A stretch of DNA of 64,000 nt from Bacteroidota bacterium (GTDB lineage Bacteria > Bacteroidota > Bacteroidia > Bacteroidales > JAIOZK01): the NCBI GenBank assembly GCA_034521425.1, contig JAXHMP010000001.1:1737737-1801736 (forward strand), given 5' to 3'. Of the stretch, positions 27,170 through 36,834 are shown one piece after another (the first letter of the stretch is position 1; each line of letters starts with the position of its first letter). Position numbers and translations under genes: made by a program. Under the pieces are notes generated by a model. It ran no database searches. It saw nothing but the letters and a program-made list of their open reading frames with translations, and had not been told where the DNA came from.

Positions 27170-28078
27170 ATGCATTCAGACTTAAAGAAATTCCTCACCT
27201 ACAACAAATCGGAAAGAAGAGGGATCTTTTTCCTGCTCCTGATGATCATTGTCGTAATTATCATCAATCTCTCCTTGCCCTCGCTGGTAAGAAATGAAGG
27301 CGGGAACAAAGTTGAACTGATTGCAATGTACGACAGCATCATGCAATTGCGTATTATTCAGGATTCCCTGGCATATTCGCAAAACATAGATACAGCAATC
27401 AGCTATTTCACTTTTGATCCCAATGGCCTGCCCCCCGAAAAATGGGAATTGCTGGGTCTTACGCAAAAGCAGATCCGGGTTATTAAAAATTATGAGAATG
27501 CGGGTGGCAAATTCTACCGCAAGGAAGACCTGAAAAAGATTTACAGCATATCGGATGAGCTCTATGAAAAGCTTAAACCTTATATCAAGATCCCGCAAAG
27601 GAAAAGCAAGAAAAAAGAAAAAAAGATAAGCTATTCGGATAGCAGTCAGCGAAGTCAGAATTTCTTAGTTAATAAGGAAGTCAGTAGTAAGAACAAAGAC
27701 AGTTCCTATATCCTGGAGCTGAATAATGCAAGCAGTGATGAACTCGAGACACTCTATGGCATCGGCCCTGTTTTTGCTGATCGCATCATCAAGTACCGGG
27801 ATCTGCTAGGTGGCTTTCACACAAAAGAACAATTGCTCGAAGTATATGGCTTCGACAGTGCCCGTTACCGGCAAATTGAAAATGCAGTTGTCACAGACAG
27901 CATTAAGGTCCGCAGGCTCAGGATCAACCTGGATGAATTCAGGGATATCCTGAGGCATCCATATTTTTCATACGAACTCACCAGGGAAATATTCAATTAC
28001 CGTTCAAAAGGGAGGATCAAACGCCTGGAATCCATTCGTCAACTCAATTCCATCAATGATTCCATCTTTAAAAAATAA
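27170..28078 (+). CDS. ComEA-like helix-hairpin-helix DNA-binding protein
   Basis: An N-terminal TM anchor is followed by HhH motifs (ELETLYGIGPVFADRIIKYR, and a second one near LGLTQKQIRVIKNYE). Confidence 0.7.
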   Translation: MHSDLKKFLTYNKSERRGIFFLLLMIIVVIIINLSLPSLVRNEGGNKVELIAMYDSIMQLRIIQDSLAYSQNIDTAISYFTFDPNGLPPEKWELLGLTQKQIRVIKNYENAGGKFYRKEDLKKIYSISDELYEKLKPYIKIPQRKSKKKEKKISYSDSSQRSQNFLVNKEVSSKNKDSSYILELNNASSDELETLYGIGPVFADRIIKYRDLLGGFHTKEQLLEVYGFDSARYRQIENAVVTDSIKVRRLRINLDEFRDILRHPYFSYELTREIFNYRSKGRIKRLESIRQLNSINDSIFKK

Positions 28079-28112
28079 TGCCATATTTGTCGCTCGAATA
28101 AACAAGCGAGCT

Positions 28113-29558
28113 ATGGGCTTAGGAAAAACACTGAAGAAATTCCCGCGTACTTTCTGGGTAGCCAATACCATGGAATTGTTTGAGCGCTGGGCCTGGTATG
28201 GGATGTTCATCCTGCTGGCACTTTACCTGACCGGTTCCAAAGATAGCGGAGCCCTCGGTTTCAGCCAGTCACAAAAAGGGATACTGATGGGAACCGTTGT
28301 CGGCATATTGTATTTCCTGCCCATTATCACCGGGGCCATCGCCGACCGTTACGGATACAAGAAAATACTTTTGCTTAGTTACGGCATACTTTCAACAGGC
28401 TACCTTGCCATGGGGTTTGTACAATCCTATACTTCATTTTTTCTGGTATTCCTATATGTGGCCCTGGGCGCCGGTCTCTTCAAACCCGTGATCGGAGCTA
28501 CGATTGCCAAAACCACCAACGAAGAAACCTCCTCTGTCGGCTTCGGGATTTTTTACAGCATCGTAAATATCGGAGCATTCGTAGGACCCGTTGTAGCTTC
28601 TCAGTTTCGCGAGATCAGCTGGAAAATGCCTTTCATCATTGCCTCCCTGGCCATACTGGTCAATTTTGTGCTGGTGATCTTCTTTTACAAAGAACCACCA
28701 AGAAAACCGGATACAACACCCATCGGGGAATCACTTGTTAAAATCCTGAAAAACCTGGGTGTTGCACTGAGTGATATAAAATTCCTCATTTTCCTGATCA
28801 TCGTGATTGGATTCTGGACCATGTATAACCAGTTATTCTTTACCCTGCCGGTTTTCATCGAGCAATGGGTGCATACCGGTGTGATGTATGAGAGGATCCA
28901 TGAGTTCTGGCCATGGCTCGCCAGGGTGATGGGCACCGAAGAAAAGCATATCAATCCCGAAATGATCGTCAACATCGATGCCCTCTACATTGTTATTTTC
29001 CAGGTATTGATATCCAGCATGATACAAAAGTATAAACCCATAAATACCATTATCAGCGGGTTTCTGATCAGCTCCATCGGGATTGGTTTGTGGTTTATTA
29101 CCCAGAATGGTTTTTATCTTTTTATCAGCATTTTTATTTTCGCCATTGGCGAGATGGCCAGTTCACCCAGGATCATGGAGTATATCGGAAGGATCGCTCC
29201 AAAAGATAAGACAGCCCTTTACATGGGGGCATATTATGTCCCACTGGCCGGCGGTAATTTTTTTGCGGGACTGATATCGGGCGGTGTTTATGAAAAATTA
29301 TCCGGGAAACTCTATTTATTAAAAGAAGAAGTAGCTAAGCGGGGATTGAACATCCCGGAAATCAGTGAGGAATTCAGCAAGAACGAATACTTTGCTGCAG
29401 CCGCCGAAAAGATGAACATGACTCAGCTGGAAATGACCGATTATCTCTGGTTGAATTACCATCCCGGCAATTTCTGGATCATCGTAAGCAGCATCGGAAT
29501 TGGTACCACCCTGCTGATGTTTTTATATGACAGGCTGCTGTTGAAGGAAACCAAGTGA
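28113..29558 (+). CDS. proton-dependent oligopeptide transporter (POT/PTR2, MFS)
   Basis: FWVANTMELFERWAWYGMF and GAIADRYGYKK motifs are present. I prefer the ATG at 28113, because the track start at 28056 overlaps the previous gene. Confidence 0.85.
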   Translation: MGLGKTLKKFPRTFWVANTMELFERWAWYGMFILLALYLTGSKDSGALGFSQSQKGILMGTVVGILYFLPIITGAIADRYGYKKILLLSYGILSTGYLAMGFVQSYTSFFLVFLYVALGAGLFKPVIGATIAKTTNEETSSVGFGIFYSIVNIGAFVGPVVASQFREISWKMPFIIASLAILVNFVLVIFFYKEPPRKPDTTPIGESLVKILKNLGVALSDIKFLIFLIIVIGFWTMYNQLFFTLPVFIEQWVHTGVMYERIHEFWPWLARVMGTEEKHINPEMIVNIDALYIVIFQVLISSMIQKYKPINTIISGFLISSIGIGLWFITQNGFYLFISIFIFAIGEMASSPRIMEYIGRIAPKDKTALYMGAYYVPLAGGNFFAGLISGGVYEKLSGKLYLLKEEVAKRGLNIPEISEEFSKNEYFAAAAEKMNMTQLEMTDYLWLNYHPGNFWIIVSSIGIGTTLLMFLYDRLLLKETK

Positions 29559-29614
29559 TTTTGGGTTTTCAATAGACTGTTTTGTATTCGAAATCGATGA
29601 CTGACAAGCGGCAA

Positions 29615-30289
29615 TCAAAAGGTTCTATCCGGTTTTTTCCAGTAGGCATTCTCATCATCCTCATCTTCTTCTTCCTCCAGCTCATCCCATTCCCAGGAAT
29701 AGATCTTGCGTTTGGGTCCCTCCTTTCGGAAAAAGATCGCCAGCACAGAACCAGCCACAAAGCCCATCAGATGCGATTCCCAGCTGATATTGCGTTCCGG
29801 GAAGAATTCAGGAAACACCCCCCATACCATACTTCCGTAAAGAAAAGCAATTACCATGGTTAGCACCATGAGGCTCGGGTTCCTGCGGATCACACCACTT
29901 ACAAAAAGGAATGCTGCCAGGCCATACACCAGGCCGCTGGCCCCGATATGGTAGGATGGCCGTGCCATCAGCCAGACCCAGATACCCGTGAGCAACCAGG
30001 TCAATATGAATATTTTTGGGGCGATCTGGCGGTAAAAATAGAACAGCATCCAGGTCAGCATAAACATCGACATGGAATTGGCCGCAAGGTGTTCAAAATC
30101 CCCGTGAATGAGCGGGGCTGTTATAATCCCGATCAGGCCATAAGATTTCAGGGGGTACAGGCCGTATTCCGCAAACCTCACCTGGAAAACCACCTCCGCC
30201 AATTTAATGATCCAGAGAATCACCACCATGATGCTTGCCAGGTAAAGGCTGGAGAAAATCCGCCTCTTATCAGTTTTTATCGAATCCAT
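29615..30289 (-). CDS. rhomboid family intramembrane serine protease
   Basis: It has GASGLVYG (catalytic Ser) and HLMGFVAG (catalytic His), with an acidic C-terminal tail. Confidence 0.8.
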   Translation of the reverse strand: MDSIKTDKRRIFSSLYLASIMVVILWIIKLAEVVFQVRFAEYGLYPLKSYGLIGIITAPLIHGDFEHLAANSMSMFMLTWMLFYFYRQIAPKIFILTWLLTGIWVWLMARPSYHIGASGLVYGLAAFLFVSGVIRRNPSLMVLTMVIAFLYGSMVWGVFPEFFPERNISWESHLMGFVAGSVLAIFFRKEGPKRKIYSWEWDELEEEEDEDDENAYWKKPDRTF

Positions 30290-30449
30290 TGTAGCTTCCT
30301 GATCAAAAGTTATTCCACAAAACGATTAACAGATACGATCATTTCCGGTCTTGCAAAAACTTGTACATATTGCTTACATTGTGTGCTTTACGACATCAAA
30401 AAACTACCAATGACGCGACTGCAAAATTGACATACCCTTCTTTATGGCC

Positions 30450-30457
30450 TACTTTTG
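30450..30457 (+). promoter_or_regulatory. candidate -7 box (TACTTTTG) for the TonB-dependent receptor operon
   Basis: This exact TAnnTTTG match implies a ~220-nt leader. Confidence 0.35.
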
Positions 30458-30473
30458 AACAATTTTATCAAAT

Positions 30474-30501
30474 ATTATCGATTTTTGCAATAATCGATAA
30501 T
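30474..30501. promoter_or_regulatory. perfect 10-bp inverted repeat ATTATCGATT-N8-AATCGATAAT (operator or leader hairpin)
   Basis: Read directly from the sequence. Each arm contains the palindrome ATCGAT. It lies ~10-40 nt downstream of the predicted transcription start. Confidence 0.45.
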
Positions 30502-30684
30502 TTGACAGGTGAATTTGAAAAAGAAGGTTTATGAAATCAAAAAGCATTTTGACATTGAACAAGCAGATGACCAGCTTGTTTATCATCCATACTTCGAAGC
30601 TGAATAATTTAATAAGCCCCTTGGTCATATCAGTTTCCTGTTCAGATGATTTGTAGATTAAGTAACCCACATTATAGATGTTCA

Positions 30685-33045
30685 ATGAAAAGGCAAATTA
30701 AATTGATTGTGCTGCTGGCTGTTTTTATCCTGCCCATTGCAAAACCAGTCATTGCTGAAAGCGAAGGGGAAATTGCAAAAACATATTCCATCAGTGGTCA
30801 TGTAGTAGATAAATATACCGGTGAAGATCTGCTGGGCGCCACGATATATATTGAGGAAATAAACGCGGGGACGGTAACCAATGATTATGGTTTTTATTCC
30901 ATCAGCCTGGAGCCGGGCAATTACACCATTCGCTATTCTTTTATCGGTTATGAGAATGAGGTGAAGGAAATCAACTTGAAAAACGACATTGTACTGGATG
31001 TTGAGCTGCGTTCTGCAGAGCATCAACTTGATGAAGTAGTGATCACCGGAGAAGCGCTAAACAACAATGTGACCAAAGCCGAGATGAGCGTTACAAAGAT
31101 GGATGTAAAGACCATCAAACAGATCCCTGCCCTGATGGGTGAGGTGGACGTGATTAAGGCAATACAGCTTCTTCCGGGGGTACAGACAGCCGCAGAGGGA
31201 AGTTCGGGCTTTTCGGTAAGGGGAGGATCCATCGACCAGAACCTGATCCTGCTGGATGAGGCTGTAGTCTATAATCCCTCTCATTTAATGGGGTTTTTCA
31301 GTGTATTTAACAATGATGCAATCAAGGATGTAAAACTTTACAAAGGCGATATTCCCGCAGCGCATGGGGGCAGGCTTTCTTCTTTGCTGGATGTGCGAAT
31401 GAAAGACGGCAACCTGAAACATTTCATCGGCACCGGGGGGATCGGAACCATCTCCAGCCGGTTCACCTTCGAAGGGCCACTGGAAAAAGATAAAGCCTCT
31501 TTTATTATTTCAGGCCGGAGGACCTATGCGGATATCTTCCTTGCATTCTCCAATGATGAGAACCTGCGTGACAACAAAATCTATTTTTACGACCTGAATG
31601 CCAAAGTCAACTATAAGATCGATGATAATAACCGGATCTTTGCATCCCTCTATTATGGCAAAGATGTTTTCAAGAATGACGACTTCGGCATGGGTTGGGG
31701 CAACCAGACAGAGACCATCCGCTGGAACCACCTTTTCGGCAAAAAGCTGTTTTCCAATTTTACCCTGATCAGGAGTGTATTTGATTACTACCTCGGGGTA
31801 CCCGAAGGCGAAGCCAGTTCATTCCGTTGGGATGCCGTAATGCGTGATTACAGCCTGAAAGCCGACTTCAGTTATTTTCCCGACAGCAAGAACAAAATCA
31901 AGTTCGGGTTGGTCTCCACCTTTCATAATTTCCAGCCCGGAAGCGCGGTGGGACTGGGCGGAGCATCTTTCTTCAATCAATACACTGTACCCAAGAATTA
32001 TGCGATCGAGTCCGGCATTTACCTAAGCAACGAGCAAAGCATTGACGAAAAATGGACATTGAAATATGGCCTCCGCTTCTCCCTCTTCAACAATATTGGC
32101 AGGGGCGTCATTTACAATTATGATCGTGAATACGTAAAGATCGACTCAACGGTTTATCCTTCCGGCGAAATATTCAATACCTACAGTGGCCTGGAACCAA
32201 GGCTCGGAGTTACTTACCTGCTCAACGAAAGATCCAGCATCAAAGCCAGTTATTCCAGGAACTTTCAGTATATTCACCTGGCCACCAATTCAACTGCCGG
32301 CACTCCCCTGGATGTCTGGTTTCCCAGCAGTCCGAATGTTAAACCGCAGATCGGCGACCAATTTGCGCTGGGTTATTTCAGGAATTTCAGGGGCAATACC
32401 ATCGAAACTTCTATGGAAGCCTATTACAAATTCAATCAGCATGCCATCGACTTCAAGGATCATGCGGAACTTTTGCTCAACAAAGAGTTTGAAGGAGAGC
32501 TTCGCTTCGGTGAAGCCTGGTCTTATGGCATGGAATTCCTGGTGAAAATGCAACTGAAAAAACTGAATGGCTGGATCAGTTACACCCTGTCAAAATCTGA
32601 ACGCAGGATCCCCGAGATCAACAATGGCAAGGCTTACCGTTCGCCTTACGACAGGCCTCACGACATTTCCGTGGTTTTGAACTACCAGATCAATGAGCGT
32701 TGGCTGATCGGGGCCAACTGGGTTTATATGACCGGCCAGCCCGTAACTTTCCCCACCGGTCGCTTTGAATATGGCAATGTGATCGCACCTGTTTATTCCA
32801 GCAGAAATGAATACCGCCTGCCGGATTATCACCGCCTGGACCTTTCGGTTAGCCTGAAAGGAAAGCAAAAACCCGGCAGGAAATGGCAGGGGGAATGGAA
32901 CTTCTCCCTGTACAATGCTTACGGCCGAAAAAATCCATGGGTGATCAATTTTGAGCAGGAACCGGGTAATCCCGATCAGACCTATGCCGAAAGCACCTAT
33001 TTGTTTGGCATCGTACCATCCATTACCTATAACTTTCACTTTTAG
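30685..33045 (+). CDS. TonB-dependent receptor with N-terminal carboxypeptidase-regulatory-like domain
   Basis: A signal peptide starts at MKRQIKLIVLL. It has CarbopepD_reg (ISGHVVDKYTGEDLLGATIYI), a plug (LDEVVITGE...) and a terminal ..ITYNFHF*. The track start at 30646 is less likely. Confidence 0.85.
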   Translation: MKRQIKLIVLLAVFILPIAKPVIAESEGEIAKTYSISGHVVDKYTGEDLLGATIYIEEINAGTVTNDYGFYSISLEPGNYTIRYSFIGYENEVKEINLKNDIVLDVELRSAEHQLDEVVITGEALNNNVTKAEMSVTKMDVKTIKQIPALMGEVDVIKAIQLLPGVQTAAEGSSGFSVRGGSIDQNLILLDEAVVYNPSHLMGFFSVFNNDAIKDVKLYKGDIPAAHGGRLSSLLDVRMKDGNLKHFIGTGGIGTISSRFTFEGPLEKDKASFIISGRRTYADIFLAFSNDENLRDNKIYFYDLNAKVNYKIDDNNRIFASLYYGKDVFKNDDFGMGWGNQTETIRWNHLFGKKLFSNFTLIRSVFDYYLGVPEGEASSFRWDAVMRDYSLKADFSYFPDSKNKIKFGLVSTFHNFQPGSAVGLGGASFFNQYTVPKNYAIESGIYLSNEQSIDEKWTLKYGLRFSLFNNIGRGVIYNYDREYVKIDSTVYPSGEIFNTYSGLEPRLGVTYLLNERSSIKASYSRNFQYIHLATNSTAGTPLDVWFPSSPNVKPQIGDQFALGYFRNFRGNTIETSMEAYYKFNQHAIDFKDHAELLLNKEFEGELRFGEAWSYGMEFLVKMQLKKLNGWISYTLSKSERRIPEINNGKAYRSPYDRPHDISVVLNYQINERWLIGANWVYMTGQPVTFPTGRFEYGNVIAPVYSSRNEYRLPDYHRLDLSVSLKGKQKPGRKWQGEWNFSLYNAYGRKNPWVINFEQEPGNPDQTYAESTYLFGIVPSITYNFHF

Positions 33046-33056
33046 GAGGAATCAGT

Positions 33057-33887
33057 ATGAAAAAACTAACCTGTATATTTTTGATCGCACTGGCCTTTGC
33101 AGCCTGCACAGAACGGATTGATGTGGAACTGGATGAGACCTATACCCGCCTGGTTGTTGACGGGAAGATCACCGATGATACCACCGAACATATCGTGCGG
33201 CTCACAAAAACCACCAGCTATTTTTACAATCAGCCGGCTCCAGGGGTGGAAGGGGCCCTGCTTACAATCAGCGATGGTGAGGAAACTTTTATACTCACGG
33301 AAGAAGAGCCCGGGATCTATAAAACCGAAAAGATGGCCGGGATCATCGGCAGGACTTACACGCTCAATATCGAGCTTCCGGAGCCCATCGATGGTTATAG
33401 CCAGTATGCGGCAAGCGATAAAATGATGCCGGTCGGGAAAATCGACTCCATTCAGATGCATTATATTTCCCAGTGGGAAAACTGGGAGATCAAACTCTTT
33501 GCCCAGGAACCCCCCACCACAGATTTCTATATGTTCCGATGGGGAAAGAATGGGGTTATGATAACCGACACCATCAACGAAGTGAATGTTTCGGACGACA
33601 AATTCTTTAACGGGAGCTATTCCAACGGCATCGGCGTAGGCTGGTTCGATGATGAACGCACGGATGAAAAGCTGCAAGCGGGAGATACGGTTTTTCTGCT
33701 GATGTCGACCCTTACCGAGACTTATGCCAATTTCATCTGGGAGATCCAGGACGAGACAGGATACAACAATCCGCTCTTCGGCGGGCCGCCGGCCAATGTT
33801 TCCAGCAACATCAGCAATGGAGGACTTGGCTTTTTCGCCGCTTATCCAAACCGCTCGGCTTCGACCATTGTGGGCTCAAAAGAATAA
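33057..33887 (+). CDS. DUF4249 family lipoprotein (usual partner of this TonB-receptor subclass)
   Basis: The lipobox is ALAFAACT, with LVVDGKITDD..HIVRLTKT. It starts 11 nt after the receptor gene. Confidence 0.75.
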   Translation: MKKLTCIFLIALAFAACTERIDVELDETYTRLVVDGKITDDTTEHIVRLTKTTSYFYNQPAPGVEGALLTISDGEETFILTEEEPGIYKTEKMAGIIGRTYTLNIELPEPIDGYSQYAASDKMMPVGKIDSIQMHYISQWENWEIKLFAQEPPTTDFYMFRWGKNGVMITDTINEVNVSDDKFFNGSYSNGIGVGWFDDERTDEKLQAGDTVFLLMSTLTETYANFIWEIQDETGYNNPLFGGPPANVSSNISNGGLGFFAAYPNRSASTIVGSKE

Positions 33888-33909
33888 AACTGGCAGATGA
33901 AAAATAATT

Positions 33910-33930
33910 AGCAAAATTACTTGCTTTTTT
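33910..33930 (+). terminator. weak intrinsic terminator after the DUF4249 gene
   Basis: agcaa-aattac-ttgct followed by T5-6. The stem is only 5 bp and A/U-rich. Confidence 0.3.
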
Positions 33931-33942
33931 CTCATTCTTAAT

Positions 33943-33950
33943 TACTTTTG
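33943..33950 (+). promoter_or_regulatory. candidate -7 box (TACTTTTG) for purB
   Basis: This exact TAnnTTTG match lies 25 nt upstream of the ATG at 33975. Confidence 0.4.
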
Positions 33951-33974
33951 ATTGATCATCAAACAAAATCAATC

Positions 33975-35327
33975 ATGAAGCTTACAACACTGAATGCAGT
34001 TTCACCCATCGATGGCCGCTACAGGAAAGCATGTGAATCGCTGGCATATTATTTTTCAGAGGCAGCTTTCATCAATTACAGGATATTTGTTGAAATTGAA
34101 TATTTCATCGCCCTGTGTGAAATACCGCTTCCACAGCTGCATGACTTTGACAAAAAGAAATTCGAGACCCTCAGGAAGATCTCCAAGAACTTTACCTTTG
34201 GTGATGCCGAGGAAGTGAAGAAAATTGAAAAAACAACCAATCACGATGTAAAAGCAGTTGAGTATTACCTGAAAAAACGCTTTGATGATCTGGAACTTAG
34301 CAAGTACAAGGAATTCATTCACTTCGGGCTGACCAGCCAGGATATCAACAACACCTCCCTGCCCTATGCATTGAAACTGGCTTTTCATGATGTGATCCTT
34401 CCTGCCTACGAGCATACGATACAGCGTCTTACACTTCTTGCCAAAGAATGGAAAAATGTGCCCATGCTGGCCCGCACCCACGGGCAGCCCGCCTCTCCCA
34501 CCACCCTTGGCAAAGAGCTTTATGTTTTCGTTGACCGGATGAAGAAACAGATCAAACAACTGAAAGCCATTCCATTCACCGCCAAGTTCGGCGGGGCTAC
34601 GGGCAATTTTAATGCACACAATGCGGCATATCCCGGTATCGACTGGGTAGCATTCGGTGAATACTTCCTGGGTGAACATCTGAAACTTAAACGGCAAAAA
34701 GTGACCACACAAATTGAGCACTATGATGATATGGCCGCTTTTTTTGATGGCATGAAACGGATCAACACCATCCTGATTGATCTCTGCCGTGATATGTGGA
34801 CCTACATCTCCATGGATTATTTCAAGCAAAAGATCAAAGAAGGAGAAGTCGGTTCATCAACAATGCCACATAAAGTCAATCCCATCGACTTTGAAAATGC
34901 TGAAGGGAATCTTGGGGTGGCCAATGCAGTTTTCGAGCATCTCTCGGCCAAGCTTCCGCTATCCAGGCTGCAGCGGGACCTGACCGATTCTACGGTGACC
35001 AGAAACACCGGTGTGCCCGTCGGACATACCCTGGTCTCCATCAAATCATTGCTCAGGGGGCTGGATAAGTTGTTGATCAACCAACCTAAGATCAAGCAGG
35101 ACCTGGAAGATAACTGGGCGGTGGTGGCCGAAGCCATCCAGACCATCATGCGCCGCGAGGGCTACCCAAATCCCTATGAAACCTTAAAAAAACTGACCCG
35201 CAAGAATGAGAAGATCACAGCCGAATCCCTTGCCCACTTTATCGACCAGCTCGAACTGAGCGAGGAAATTAAAAAAGAATTAAAATCCTTCAGTCCTCAA
35301 AATTACACAGGAATAATAAAATTCTAA
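33975..35327 (+). CDS. purB: adenylosuccinate lyase
   Basis: LNAVSPIDGRYR forms the N-terminus and GSSTMPHKVNPIDFEN is the family signature. The ATG at 33975 is preferred, because the track TTG at 33948 overlaps the promoter box. Confidence 0.9.
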   Translation: MKLTTLNAVSPIDGRYRKACESLAYYFSEAAFINYRIFVEIEYFIALCEIPLPQLHDFDKKKFETLRKISKNFTFGDAEEVKKIEKTTNHDVKAVEYYLKKRFDDLELSKYKEFIHFGLTSQDINNTSLPYALKLAFHDVILPAYEHTIQRLTLLAKEWKNVPMLARTHGQPASPTTLGKELYVFVDRMKKQIKQLKAIPFTAKFGGATGNFNAHNAAYPGIDWVAFGEYFLGEHLKLKRQKVTTQIEHYDDMAAFFDGMKRINTILIDLCRDMWTYISMDYFKQKIKEGEVGSSTMPHKVNPIDFENAEGNLGVANAVFEHLSAKLPLSRLQRDLTDSTVTRNTGVPVGHTLVSIKSLLRGLDKLLINQPKIKQDLEDNWAVVAEAIQTIMRREGYPNPYETLKKLTRKNEKITAESLAHFIDQLELSEEIKKELKSFSPQNYTGIIKF

Positions 35328-35336
35328 TTTTGCAGC

Positions 35337-36206
35337 ATGAAGGTTAGCGGTTTTAGTTTTATCCGGAATGCTATAACATTTGATTACCCGATCGTTGAAG
35401 CCATTACTTCAATACTTCCGCTTTGCGATGAATTTATTGTTGCTGTTGGCAATTCGGAGGATGATACCCGTGAACTGATCTCTTCCATCAATTCCCAAAA
35501 AATCAGGATACTCGATACCACCTGGGATGAGCGTATGCGCAAAGGTGGCAGGGTGCTCGCTGCAGAAACCGATAAAGCCTTTTCCGGGATCAGCCGTGAT
35601 TCCGACTGGGCTTTTTATATACAGGGCGATGAGGTGCTGCATGAAAAATACCATGCTGCCGTGCAGGAAGCCATGCTCAAATGGAAGGATCAACCCGAAG
35701 TGGAAGGGCTGCTCTTCAATTATCTTCATTTTTACGGCTCCTATGATTTTGTGGGCGACTCCAGGAGATGGTACCGCAAAGAGATCAGGATCGTCAGGAA
35801 CGACCCCTCCATACACTCCTACCGGGATGCCCAGGGATTCAGGAAAAATAACAGCCATCTCAGGGTGAAGCCTGTTGATGCCACCATGTATCACTACGGC
35901 TGGGTCAAACCCCCGGAGCACCAGCAGGCCAAACAAAAGAGTTTCCAGAAACTATGGCACGACGACGACTGGATTGAAAAAAACCTGCCCCGCGACGATG
36001 TCTTTGATTATTCCCGCATCGACTCCCTCAGAAAGTTCGAAGACACACATCCGTCGGTGATGAAGAAACGCATCCGGAACAGGAACTGGGAATTCTCTTT
36101 TGATCCCACCCAAAAAAATCTCGGTATCAGGAAAAAAATCCTTCATGTCATTGAGGAAAAAACCGGCTGGCGGATAGGGGAATACAAAAACTACCGGATC
36201 ATTTAA
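35337..36206 (+). CDS. glycosyltransferase family 2-like protein
   Basis: MKVSGFSFIRNAITFDYPIVEAITSILPLCDEFIVAVGNSEDDT... matches a conserved Bacteroidota family usually annotated GT2. Confidence 0.6.
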   Translation: MKVSGFSFIRNAITFDYPIVEAITSILPLCDEFIVAVGNSEDDTRELISSINSQKIRILDTTWDERMRKGGRVLAAETDKAFSGISRDSDWAFYIQGDEVLHEKYHAAVQEAMLKWKDQPEVEGLLFNYLHFYGSYDFVGDSRRWYRKEIRIVRNDPSIHSYRDAQGFRKNNSHLRVKPVDATMYHYGWVKPPEHQQAKQKSFQKLWHDDDWIEKNLPRDDVFDYSRIDSLRKFEDTHPSVMKKRIRNRNWEFSFDPTQKNLGIRKKILHVIEEKTGWRIGEYKNYRII

Positions 36207-36263
36207 TTTTTATAACACTCCCACAAGCATAAGTTTATCGGCCATTGGTATGATGAAAATTCC

Positions 36264-36271
36264 TAAATTTG
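36264..36271 (+). promoter_or_regulatory. candidate -7 box (TAAATTTG) for the DUF5606 gene
   Basis: This exact TAnnTTTG match lies 16 nt upstream of the ATG at 36288. Confidence 0.35.
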
Positions 36272-36287
36272 CAAAAATTTTGCATGT

Positions 36288-36755
36288 ATGGATTTGAAAG
36301 AGATTTTAGCGATCGCAGGCAAGCCCGGTTTGTTCAAAATGGTTGGCCAGACCAAGAATGGTGTAGTTGTTGATTCCTTGGTTGACGGAAAACGATTTAC
36401 CGCCTTTGCGCATGAAAGGATCAGCTCACTGGAAGAGATCAGCATTTACACCGAAACAGAGGACCTGCCCCTGAAGGACATCTTCAAAAAGATCTACGAC
36501 AAACTGGAAGGAAAAGCAGCCATTGACCCCAGGTCAAGCACCCAGGACCTGAAAGATTTTTTCCTGGAGGCTGTGCCCGACTATGATGAAGAAAGGGTTT
36601 ACCCTTCCGATATCAAGAAAGTGGTCAGGTGGTATAACCTGCTCCATGATAATGATATGCTCCATTTTGAAGAAGAAGAGGATGAAGAAAAGGAAGGACC
36701 TGGAGAAATAGAAGAAGAAAATCCCGGGGACGATGAGGCTGAAGAAAAAAAATAA
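36288..36755 (+). CDS. DUF5606 family protein with acidic C-terminal tail
   Basis: MDLKEILAIAGKPGLFKMVGQTKNGVVVDSL.. is the DUF5606-type N-terminus. The tail reads EEEEDEEKEGPGEIEEEN. Confidence 0.65.
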   Translation: MDLKEILAIAGKPGLFKMVGQTKNGVVVDSLVDGKRFTAFAHERISSLEEISIYTETEDLPLKDIFKKIYDKLEGKAAIDPRSSTQDLKDFFLEAVPDYDEERVYPSDIKKVVRWYNLLHDNDMLHFEEEEDEEKEGPGEIEEENPGDDEAEEKK

Positions 36756-36761
36756 GTTAAC

Positions 36762-36790
36762 GTCCGTTGCTGAGCAGCGGACTTTTTTTT
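36762..36790 (+). terminator. intrinsic terminator
   Basis: gtccgttgc-tga-gcagcggac (9-bp stem including one G-U) followed by T8. Confidence 0.8.
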
Positions 36791-36834
36791 GAAAATTATG
36801 TATTTTGTAAGGAATTTTACAGTCCCAATTGCAA

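Noticed and set aside
30531-30656. 41-codon uORF (MKSKSILTLNKQMTSLFIIHTSKLNNLISPLVISVSCSDDL) in the receptor leader
   Set aside because: No signal peptide, no recognisable motif and A+T-rich codon composition. I kept it only as a note within the leader finding. ORF 30449..30685(-) in the same spacer was rejected for the same reasons.
30290-30684. Possible cobalamin or other riboswitch in the long leader upstream of the TonB-dependent receptor
   Set aside because: The leader is very A+T-rich and lacks a B12-box-like GC-rich core or any riboswitch consensus I recognise. The receptor is the CarbopepD_reg/DUF4249-partner class, not BtuB-like.
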